Counted from the first letter of the stretch, positions 8,266 to 16,003 are shown. The stretch is 17,182 bases of DNA from Pseudomonadota bacterium (GCA_039799905.1 JBDLRP010000023.1:1-17182), one strand, 5' to 3'. Numbers and translations: made by a program. Notes: generated from the sequence alone by a model not told the origin.

Positions 8266-9483
8266 TTGAAGAAATTATTTTTATTGGCGATTCTGATGGC
8301 TGCTGGCTGTTCAGAGGGCGGTTACAACAGTGCCGCGCCAAAGGTGAAGCCTCCGCCGGCCAAAAAGAAAAGTTCTACTGAGAATGTGACGCAAAAAGAA
8401 CCGGCGAAAAAGCAAGCAGAGAGCGCTGCTGAGTCGGTCTCGCAAAAACTTTTCAATGTGGCGATCCTGACTCAAAGTGTTCAATGCCTTTTTTGCCACA
8501 TGAAGATCGAAGGTGATGTCGGCGGTATTCAGTTCCCACCCAACAACGAAATGCACCCGCGCGCAGGTGAGGGGCTGAGAATTCTTGGGACACTGTTTGG
8601 CACAAATGAGATCCCAAACAAATTGGGCAACGCACCGCAGGCCGCTTCAACCCGGCCCAACTACGCAAACACCGAGCTGAAGATATTTCCAACAACAAAA
8701 GACGGCAGCGGAAACATTGTTTTTCCCACGGTGACTCGAGAAATGCTGGCTGGCAAAACCAAAGGCACGCTCAAAGCAGGATCGACGACTGTTCAAGACA
8801 GTCATTCAGGAGATCTGACTTTGGTCGACAGCGGGGCAGCTATCGAGCTCAATGGTGAAGTCTTTGTAGACGGCGATTTGATTATTGGTGGAAATTATCG
8901 CGGCGTCGGAACGATTTATGCGCGTAATATTTTTATTGTAAAGGACCTCAAGGCAGTCAATTCAGCCTTTCCCTTTCCTGCCGATCCGGCAGCTGCAAAA
9001 GAGCGCGGCAAGGCAGCCATCAGCGAAAAGAAAGATGGTGCTTACTTGTTCGCACTTGGTCAAATCACGGTCGGCTACCCTGATCCTGCATTTTTGAATG
9101 ACAAAAGCTGGATGCATTCGAACGTGGGTGCAAATGCATTCACACGTGCACAGCCGTCCATGGGCCTCAATTCCTACGTTGCACTGCGGGAGCAAAAAAA
9201 TTGCAATGAAATCAGTTTCGGGCACACCACTCAGTATCAGGCTGTGTTGGTCAACAAGGTTGATGCGTTTTTGTATGCAAGCGACTACCTGCTTTGGAGA
9301 ACCTGTAACACATTTGAGTTGAACGGCGGATTTGTTGCCCCCAACGTGGCTCTCGTAAATGCAGGCGATGCAAACCCACCGCAGATCTCATTGGAGCCGC
9401 GAAACGTGGTCCGCTATGACTATCGTCTGCGTGCAGGAGTGAGCGCGTTTTCTGTTCTGAAAAGCTTTTTTGAGCAGGAATAA
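8266..9483 (+). CDS. Hypothetical lipoprotein with a CxxCH motif and beta-solenoid-like repeats
   Basis: TTG start after AAGGGGG. MKKLFLLAILMAAG-C lipobox, K/P-rich linker, CLFCH at 8485-8499, strand-turn repeats (IELNGEVFVDGDLIIGG.YRGVGTIYARNIFI), C-terminal YDYRL. Confidence 0.7.
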   Translation: MKKLFLLAILMAAGCSEGGYNSAAPKVKPPPAKKKSSTENVTQKEPAKKQAESAAESVSQKLFNVAILTQSVQCLFCHMKIEGDVGGIQFPPNNEMHPRAGEGLRILGTLFGTNEIPNKLGNAPQAASTRPNYANTELKIFPTTKDGSGNIVFPTVTREMLAGKTKGTLKAGSTTVQDSHSGDLTLVDSGAAIELNGEVFVDGDLIIGGNYRGVGTIYARNIFIVKDLKAVNSAFPFPADPAAAKERGKAAISEKKDGAYLFALGQITVGYPDPAFLNDKSWMHSNVGANAFTRAQPSMGLNSYVALREQKNCNEISFGHTTQYQAVLVNKVDAFLYASDYLLWRTCNTFELNGGFVAPNVALVNAGDANPPQISLEPRNVVRYDYRLRAGVSAFSVLKSFFEQE

Positions 9484-9484
9484 T

Positions 9485-10408
9485 TTACTGAAAATTGCAT
9501 TCGCCGGCGGCACGTGACGCGGGTTCGGGACGGGGAAAAAGTGACCCGCGCAGATAATCGCCGAAGTTATTTTTGAAGTACGTCCAGCTTGAGACGTTCG
9601 CTTGGTTTTTAACGACGCATTTGGGAGCGTCGAGATAAATGCCGAGATCAGCTGAGGCGATCTGGCTGCGGATAAGCTCGGGAATGTCGTCAGTGGATTT
9701 TTGCTTTTGAACGAGCGCGTTGAAAACAAGGTGGCCGTTCAAAGCGCCCATTTTCATCCATGGCAGCCAAGGACTCACGCGGGTCCAGCTGACCTGCACG
9801 TCCACTACCGACGCGTTTGAAGCGAGACCGTCGAGATCCTCCCGCGAAAGAATATAGGTGAACGACTCGTGGGCCTTGTAAGTTGGTTCGGGCGAGTATG
9901 CCGCGAACTGATTGTCGCCTGCCAGCGGGTTTGGATAACTGAGCGGGACGTCGATTCGCACAATCGCGGTTTGCGCCGAACGTTCGGACACGAGCTGCGC
10001 TGCTGCGGGAATTTTCTGCTGCACAAGAGCGTTTGCGATGTGAACCACGGGAACTGTTTCGCCCGTCCAAGGATTTTTCCACTGGTTCAACAGAGCACCG
10101 GTTTGAGGATCGAGATAAAAGGTCAACTCTCGTGACGTCACTGTCCAGTTGCCGGATTCATCTTTGAAGCAGCGCGCAATGTTGAAGCCGACAATTTTGA
10201 AGAGCGTCTGGCTCCTTTCGGGTCCTACTCCGGTGGTGGTGACGTTGCCACTCCAAGTCGTGATGGCATTCTCCGCGCTCAGGTTGCAGCGGATTTTCAT
10301 GAAGTGCTCGGCACCGACGAAGGATTCCGATGCGGTTGCTCGACTTGCTGCGTGAGCTAAGAAGAGGCTGAGCAAAAGGGCAATGCTTTTGAATTGGGTC
10401 TGCAGCAT
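9485..10408 (-). CDS. DUF1838-family protein with Sec signal peptide
   Basis: Motifs recalled for this family: LFK..GFN..RC, SREL.FYLDP.TG, W.NPWTGE.VPVVH.AN, YPNPL, Y.A.E.F, SWTR.SPWLPWM.MG. Hydrophobic signal ending ..RATA-S. Confidence 0.72.
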   Translation of the reverse strand: MLQTQFKSIALLLSLFLAHAASRATASESFVGAEHFMKIRCNLSAENAITTWSGNVTTTGVGPERSQTLFKIVGFNIARCFKDESGNWTVTSRELTFYLDPQTGALLNQWKNPWTGETVPVVHIANALVQQKIPAAAQLVSERSAQTAIVRIDVPLSYPNPLAGDNQFAAYSPEPTYKAHESFTYILSREDLDGLASNASVVDVQVSWTRVSPWLPWMKMGALNGHLVFNALVQKQKSTDDIPELIRSQIASADLGIYLDAPKCVVKNQANVSSWTYFKNNFGDYLRGSLFPRPEPASRAAGECNFQ

Positions 10409-10545
10409 GGTTTCATGTTCTTTCGACTGATCGCGGAGGGCCGCCAGTGCCCCCGAAGGCGAGTTGGAATATAGACGTGTGGAAGGGCATAGCTGATGCA
10501 GCGTGGCTGCTCAACCGAAAACAATCCCAGAAATAATGTTTAAGT

Positions 10546-10573
10546 TTATCGGCCGGTTGCGGACTTTATTTTG
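10546..10573 (-). promoter_or_regulatory. Possible sigma28-type promoter for the DUF1838 gene
   Basis: Minus strand reads CAAA-N16-GCCGATAA. The -10 (10546-10553) is a perfect match to the sigma28 consensus and lies about 140 nt upstream of ATG 10408. Confidence 0.4.
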
Positions 10574-11699
10574 GAATGAATTGAAGGGTTTTCTTGTTGG
10601 TGGAACAGACAGCCGGCGCTGCTGAGCCTGCGGGAGCTGCCGGTGCTCCAGCACAGCATCTCTCAACTTCAACCATGAATGACTGAACGGCCGCACCGCT
10701 TGGAAGTCTCATATCTCCGCCCTCTCCGGCGCGGGCAAGTTCATTTCCCTTTTGATCGCGAGCGATTGCCGATTTCAACGAACATGCTTGTCCAGGTATG
10801 AACTCATCGATGAATTCACTCAGCATGATGGACTCCGTGAATGGAAATTCAAACGCGCGACCCGAGATAGCAATTTTTTGCGACAATGCATTGAGCTGAC
10901 CGTGTGCCGCAAATTCCGCACTCATGGACCGCTGAGCACATCCAAAAAAGGTCATCAGTGAACAGGTTTCCACCTGCCGCGCGGTGGAGTGATAAAACTT
11001 CATTTGTGCTTTGAGTTCTGCGGGCAGCGCTGCAAACACTTGCTCGAGCTGCGTCGTCGAGAAGTCTCGGTGGTTGCCGTTGATCGCGTAGCTGATGGCA
11101 TCGGCGATGTAGAGGATAATTTTGCTTGCGCCAGCACGTCCGGGATTATTGATTGAATCCTGACTCAGCAGGCGGACTGCTGCGGCAAGTGCTGCTTGTC
11201 CTGCTTCCTGAACATCGTCACCGCCGTCCGCATACCAGCCGCGGATGGCCGTTGCCAGCGATTTTTCATCCGAAAAAGGCACGATTTGAGTCACTAAATC
11301 GCGGTATCCGACAGCTGCAAACCGTGCGTCCCAGCCTTTGTCCTGCCGCAGTTGCAGAGCAAATCTCTCGACTCCGTTTTTCACTGTATTGAGGCTGTCT
11401 TCCATGCTCGCAGTGATGTCCACGACAAAAACAATGTCGGCCGGTCGCCGTTCCGATTTTCCGTCGGACACGCAATTCCTTGCGAAGTTGAGCACAGATG
11501 TTTGCGCATTGTTGATTCGCACTTCCGGCAGCTTTTCTTGTTCGCAGGAAATCGGAAAGCCTACGCTCGCGACTTTCGCTGGGAGCTCCTTTTTACCGAC
11601 GGGAAGATTCGAGGACTGGAATTGTGTCGGTTTGCAGCCAACAGCACCGAGCAGCGCAAACATAAGTGCGATGGGTCGTCGTGCGTTGTGAATTAGCAT
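10566..11699 (-). CDS. VWA (von Willebrand factor A) domain lipoprotein
   Basis: ADIVFVVDITASM (MIDAS DxTxS), RFAAVGYRD, GGDD.QEA, KIILYIADA. Lipobox AVG-C then KP. Start likely ATG 11699 (GAAAGGAAG RBS) rather than 11726. Confidence 0.82.
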   Translation of the reverse strand: MLIHNARRPIALMFALLGAVGCKPTQFQSSNLPVGKKELPAKVASVGFPISCEQEKLPEVRINNAQTSVLNFARNCVSDGKSERRPADIVFVVDITASMEDSLNTVKNGVERFALQLRQDKGWDARFAAVGYRDLVTQIVPFSDEKSLATAIRGWYADGGDDVQEAGQAALAAAVRLLSQDSINNPGRAGASKIILYIADAISYAINGNHRDFSTTQLEQVFAALPAELKAQMKFYHSTARQVETCSLMTFFGCAQRSMSAEFAAHGQLNALSQKIAISGRAFEFPFTESIMLSEFIDEFIPGQACSLKSAIARDQKGNELARAGEGGDMRLPSGAAVQSFMVEVERCCAGAPAAPAGSAAPAVCSTNKKTLQFIPK

Positions 11700-11718
11700 T
11701 GTCCACTTCCTTTCGCTC

Positions 11719-12330
11719 TTATGCACTCATCCGCGCAATTCCTCGGACGTCTGCTTTTTTCTTTGAAATACAGTCGTAAATGATGGCCGGTGGTATGTTC
11801 CTGAACTCCAGTTTCTTTGAGCGGATTTGAAAAAAATCAGCAAACTTTCGGCCCAGCACCGTCGTGTATTGGAAAGCGACGAAATGTCCGTCAGCCCTCA
11901 GAACCCGAGCGGCAGTAGAAAGAATTTCGTCTGTCATCTCGTTGCTCAAACTTGTGAAGGGAAGGCTTGAAACAATGGCCTCGACGCCGTCGATTCCGCG
12001 TTCGCCAAGAATTTTTTCAAGGTGGCGCGCGTCTGCGTGGATGATTTCGACGTTTTTTGATTGGCTGAGTCTTTCCTTCAGAAGTCGAACGGCATCAGCA
12101 TTCACATCGATGATCAAAACCTTCGTCTGTGGTCCGGCCTGACGTAGAACTTCGGACGTTATCGAACCCGTGCCTGCGCCGAGTTCAACGATGCATGTTG
12201 CTGACTGCGCGTTCATGCAGCCGATCATTTTTCTGGCGAGAAAGCGCGATGATGGGATGATCGTGCCAATCTGATGGGGTGAGCGAACGAAATGCCGTAT
12301 CGTGTGCGCAATGTCCTTCCAAGGCTGCAT
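11719..12330 (-). CDS. Class I SAM-dependent methyltransferase, phospholipid N-methyltransferase (PmtA)-like
   Basis: F..SP.QIGTIIPSSRFLA, IVELGAGTGSIT, DA..L, IVSSLPF, F..FQY, NIPPA..Y. Strong GGAGG RBS upstream. Confidence 0.82.
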   Translation of the reverse strand: MQPWKDIAHTIRHFVRSPHQIGTIIPSSRFLARKMIGCMNAQSATCIVELGAGTGSITSEVLRQAGPQTKVLIIDVNADAVRLLKERLSQSKNVEIIHADARHLEKILGERGIDGVEAIVSSLPFTSLSNEMTDEILSTAARVLRADGHFVAFQYTTVLGRKFADFFQIRSKKLEFRNIPPAIIYDCISKKKADVRGIARMSA

Positions 12331-12365
12331 CTAAGGCTTTCCTCCCCTCCTTTAACCCCGGTGAG

Positions 12366-12414
12366 GTATCGGAAGGTCATCGGGTCGTATGAGTTAATTT
12401 ATCAACTTTGATAA
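12366..12414 (-). promoter_or_regulatory. Possible sigma28-type promoter plus a 7-2-7 palindromic operator
   Basis: Minus strand reads TCAT-N15-TCCGATAC (-10 at 12366-12373, identical to the 8234-8241 element). Perfect inverted repeat TTATCAA-CT-TTGATAA at 12399-12414 in an AT-rich tract. Confidence 0.42.
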
Positions 12415-12443
12415 TTATTTAAATATAGATGAGTATTTGCGGG

Positions 12444-13064
12444 TCATTGCAGATTTTCTGAAGGTGCTGCTGCGCCTTCCTCTCTACCCTGCGACGGAAG
12501 ACCACGGCGGCGCCACTGTCCCGCTCTGGCATGTGACTCGCCCTGTATGTTGGTCGGTGGGCTGCGGCGCGGCAACGCTGCCAAGCCGGCAAGGTGGTTG
12601 TGCAATGCTGTGGCAGAGAGATTTGACAGATTCATCGCGAGCTCGAGGATGTTCACCCGCTGTCTCAGTTCTTTGCCGATCTGGTCACGCAAATCACCGA
12701 GGATTTTGCTCTCAGCCACTATCACGAGCTCGGTCGTGTTGTGCTGAGCGATAAATTCACAGAGCAATTCCGCAACATCACGTGCGAACCGCTTGCTGAT
12801 TTCCTTCTGATGCCTTCCCAGATGGTCGTCATAGCCATGCATGGTCTGGGCCATTCCAGAAAGTCCTACACGATAAGAGAAGCGATTTCCGCCGCTCAGG
12901 GTTTCGTTCTTTTGGTTGAGCCAGTGCTTGTTGGGTACATTTTTTTCACACTTGAGAATAGGGCTCCATTGTTCGCGCGGACGCTCTGCCTGATGCAGAA
13001 GGAACAATTTCGCTTTGCTGAGATCAACCGTCAGCACGGCAATATTTTTCATCTGTGACCTCAC
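12444..13064 (-). CDS. Host attachment protein (AtsE/Host_attach, baeRF-like release-factor-domain family)
   Basis: V...D..KA.LF, 'RFAR.VAE.L', 'LVIVAE..ILGDLR', '..NLS.LS...L..HL' pattern. Start is GTG 13064 or ATG 13052. Confidence 0.68.
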   Translation of the reverse strand: MRSQMKNIAVLTVDLSKAKLFLLHQAERPREQWSPILKCEKNVPNKHWLNQKNETLSGGNRFSYRVGLSGMAQTMHGYDDHLGRHQKEISKRFARDVAELLCEFIAQHNTTELVIVAESKILGDLRDQIGKELRQRVNILELAMNLSNLSATALHNHLAGLAALPRRSPPTNIQGESHARAGQWRRRGLPSQGREEGAAAPSENLQ

Positions 13065-13279
13065 GGCAATGGTGAGTTGTGGTCAAACCCGAGCGCAGTT
13101 TGGAAGTCTCTCGGGAGTTGCCTGACATTAGCCCGATGAATCTCGGGTTTCAGGCAGAAAATCTTTGAATCGAGAAAGCATTTATTTGAGATTTTGTTCA
13201 TTTCGCTGACATTCACCTTGTCCCTGTGTTTGCTAAGCTCCTAAGGCGGGAATTGCGGATGGTTGAGCCTGGAGGCGAC

Positions 13280-15031
13280 ATGAATCGTTTCAGAAAGTTT
13301 AGTTTATTGACAAAAACATGTGCGCACGCCGTGGCATTCGCCGCACTGGCGGCTGGCTTGGCCGTTACGTTTGGCTGCAAGCCGAGAGACTTCAATTCAG
13401 GCTCACAGGTTCAGGGTCTCACTCAACAACAATTCGACTCACAATTTGAAGTGACTCGACTGACTTCGTGCAAAACACCCTCGGGTGCGGCGGGGGGCGA
13501 TCTACGAGTCGTTTGGAGAGTGCGCACGAGCAGCGGGCAAGCGGTGACTCCCTACATTCTCGGGTTTGCGGGTGAGGCCGTCACTACCAAGAACAACAAG
13601 GTCAAGTTTCAGATCATGACCTCCATCGGTGCACCACGCCCACTGTTGCCCTCAGATGGCCCGCAGCCATTTCCGTTTGACATCTATCGCGGCTACGAAC
13701 TGCAAATTCCTGCCGACGAAGCTGCGGCACGCTGGGGTTACGTCGAGGTTGACGGGCGCGCGCAGCAATTTGCGGACATCGACGTTGGTGTATTGCTTAT
13801 GCCGGTGCACGGAAATGGCACCGCAGCAGGACGTATGTTCTATTTTGTCAAACCCGACAGAACCGACTTCACATTTAATTGCGATCCGCTGGATGCCATG
13901 GCAGTGGCCAGACTTTCTACTTTTTCCGTCCGCGACGGCTCGCATGGCTTCAAGGGTGATCGCGGTCCTGTGATCAAGGGTTCTTCAGCAGGCAACAAAT
14001 CTGCAGATGGAAAGCTGGTCGCACAGTGGTCCTGTGCCGGCAACCGCCGCAAGGCGAAAGACCACCAGTTGCGTCCTTTGGTCGGCGGATGGCTCAATCA
14101 AGAAGAGTATTGTGAGTGGGATCGCAATGGAGTTGCACCCGCAAAGGTGACCTCCTCAACAGCAAAGCCCGCTCAGTTGACCTGTATGGTCCGCAGCTCA
14201 TTTGATCAGGAGCGCGCCTATTTTCTGCAGCAGCGGCTTTATAGGCCGACCGCCGAGCAGCAAAAGGTGGAAGGGTTTGCCAGTGCAGGCGAATTCAAAA
14301 GCAATTATTACGACACCAAGTTCAATGGCTATGCATTCCTGATGGGTGGACGCGAGGGCTATCACGTCTGGGACACCCGCGTCTGGAAAAAGATGGGTGA
14401 AAAGGGCGACACACGCGGCGCCTATATTTCGGATACCCGCAAGGGAATCATCGGACACTGCATGCAGTACACGTGCTCTCAGCCCGACGAAATCGGCTAC
14501 ACCGGAAACTGCGTTCAGGGGCGCCAGAGCGACCCTCTCATCTGTGACGTCATCAACAACATTTACTGCGTGGGGCCTGCGCAAAAAGCCTGCGTTCAAA
14601 AGCAGGAGCTCAATCTGAGCAAGCGGCCTGTGCTTCATGCGGATGCCAATCACGTGAAGAATTCAGCGGCAGTCGATCCGGTTCTGAATCCAACGTTGCA
14701 ATTGCCGCCGCAGCCGCTTGCGAAGTTGTCACCCGATCCTGCAATTCGCGAGGATGTGTTGTTCAGGAGTGACTACACTCCACCAACCCGTTTAGGCGAT
14801 ACACCTATCAAGCTTGATCTGGTTGTGCCCGAAGGCTTGCCTGAGTGCCGGCATGTTGTCGATCCCAATCTGGTCAAAAATGGTAGAGTGCCCGATACCA
14901 CCGCGTATCTCGCAAACGACAGAACGCTTGTGCAATGCACTTTTGCCAACAATAAAAAGTATAACAACTGCGATGAAGTGGCTGCTCAGTTGCAGGTGCG
15001 GATTGTGCTAGAGGCTCAGCCGAAGCGCTGA
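13280..15031 (+). CDS. Large Cys-rich hypothetical lipoprotein
   Basis: GGAGG RBS (13271-13275) supports ATG 13280 rather than 13226. Lipobox TFG-C33 then KPR. 14 further Cys in the mature chain; 583 aa; no family recognised. Confidence 0.72.
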   Translation: MNRFRKFSLLTKTCAHAVAFAALAAGLAVTFGCKPRDFNSGSQVQGLTQQQFDSQFEVTRLTSCKTPSGAAGGDLRVVWRVRTSSGQAVTPYILGFAGEAVTTKNNKVKFQIMTSIGAPRPLLPSDGPQPFPFDIYRGYELQIPADEAAARWGYVEVDGRAQQFADIDVGVLLMPVHGNGTAAGRMFYFVKPDRTDFTFNCDPLDAMAVARLSTFSVRDGSHGFKGDRGPVIKGSSAGNKSADGKLVAQWSCAGNRRKAKDHQLRPLVGGWLNQEEYCEWDRNGVAPAKVTSSTAKPAQLTCMVRSSFDQERAYFLQQRLYRPTAEQQKVEGFASAGEFKSNYYDTKFNGYAFLMGGREGYHVWDTRVWKKMGEKGDTRGAYISDTRKGIIGHCMQYTCSQPDEIGYTGNCVQGRQSDPLICDVINNIYCVGPAQKACVQKQELNLSKRPVLHADANHVKNSAAVDPVLNPTLQLPPQPLAKLSPDPAIREDVLFRSDYTPPTRLGDTPIKLDLVVPEGLPECRHVVDPNLVKNGRVPDTTAYLANDRTLVQCTFANNKKYNNCDEVAAQLQVRIVLEAQPKR

Positions 15032-15044
15032 TGAGGACTGCAGG

Positions 15045-15992
15045 ATGATGAGTGTGTGGAGCGCAGCCTCCACTCTCGTTTTATTTTCTCCCCCGACCCC
15101 GCAAGTACAAAAACAGCAACCCCCTGCACCGCCCACAGTGGGCGCGCAGCAGGTTTTGTCGACCGCTGAATTTTCTTCTGTTTGGCGCGCCTTATTCGCA
15201 TCGGAGGCAGAGTCATCCGATTGTGGTGCCGCGAAGGATTTGCGCAAAAGTGATGAAGCGTGGATTGCTCAGGATGCGTTCTTGGTGCAGCTGCGTGGCT
15301 TCCGATCATCTATCTGCAAGGCACAGGCATGGTATGTTGCCTCGATGCGTCTCGATCCGTGCCGCATGCGTTTGAATCGGGAAAACAAAAGCTCAGCTGA
15401 CATTCACAGTTGTTCACAAAATGGCAAATTCAGCGAGGTTCGCTTCGTACTGCAGCCGGTGGAAAAAACGGATCATGGATACATTTTTCCGGACGCAGCT
15501 CTGCACGTTGCTTTTACAGTCACTGACCTGAAAAAAATCATGAAAGCGTGGCGGAGCCAAACCCCTGAGCAGCTGATAAAACTCGTGAGAGACAATGGTA
15601 AATTCAACGACATATCATTGTTCATCGGGGGTGGTGGTCTGGAACGCTGGAGTTTTGCGCGCATCGCACACACGGACGGCATCTGGAAGCGCGACAGACT
15701 TGCACATGGTGGTTATTACGAGTCGCTGAGCGATGCCGAATTGAATTCTGTCGCTGTCAAAACCCAGCGTCCCAAAAGCGAGAAAGAATTTTCGCCTGCA
15801 GAATTTCTCAATCCTCTGAAAGTGCACCCATTGCAAGGAAGCTGTATTGGGTGCCACGTGGCTGAACAGGGTCGTCCAGCGCGGCTGTTCCGCATGTTCG
15901 GCTGGGGATTGGCAGGCGAGCCGGTCGTTTCTGCGCGGCTGCGGGCAGAGGCTGAGTTCGCCGCGAAAGAGCTGCAAATTCTGGAAAAGTAA
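15045..15992 (+). CDS. Hypothetical exported protein with a C-terminal CxxCH (putative c-type cytochrome)
   Basis: 315 aa, GAGGA RBS, 13 bp after the upstream stop. P/Q-rich linker; motifs R.DPC, EVRFVLQP, DAALH, NP...HP...SCIGCH (CxxCH at 15843-15857), FRMFGW. Confidence 0.65.
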   Translation: MMSVWSAASTLVLFSPPTPQVQKQQPPAPPTVGAQQVLSTAEFSSVWRALFASEAESSDCGAAKDLRKSDEAWIAQDAFLVQLRGFRSSICKAQAWYVASMRLDPCRMRLNRENKSSADIHSCSQNGKFSEVRFVLQPVEKTDHGYIFPDAALHVAFTVTDLKKIMKAWRSQTPEQLIKLVRDNGKFNDISLFIGGGGLERWSFARIAHTDGIWKRDRLAHGGYYESLSDAELNSVAVKTQRPKSEKEFSPAEFLNPLKVHPLQGSCIGCHVAEQGRPARLFRMFGWGLAGEPVVSARLRAEAEFAAKELQILEK

Positions 15993-16003
15993 TTTCAGGG
16001 AAA

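Noticed and set aside
12399..12414. FNR box
   Set aside because: Half-sites are in the reverse order with the wrong spacing (ATCAA-N2-TTGAT vs TTGAT-N4-ATCAA). Kept only as an unassigned palindrome.
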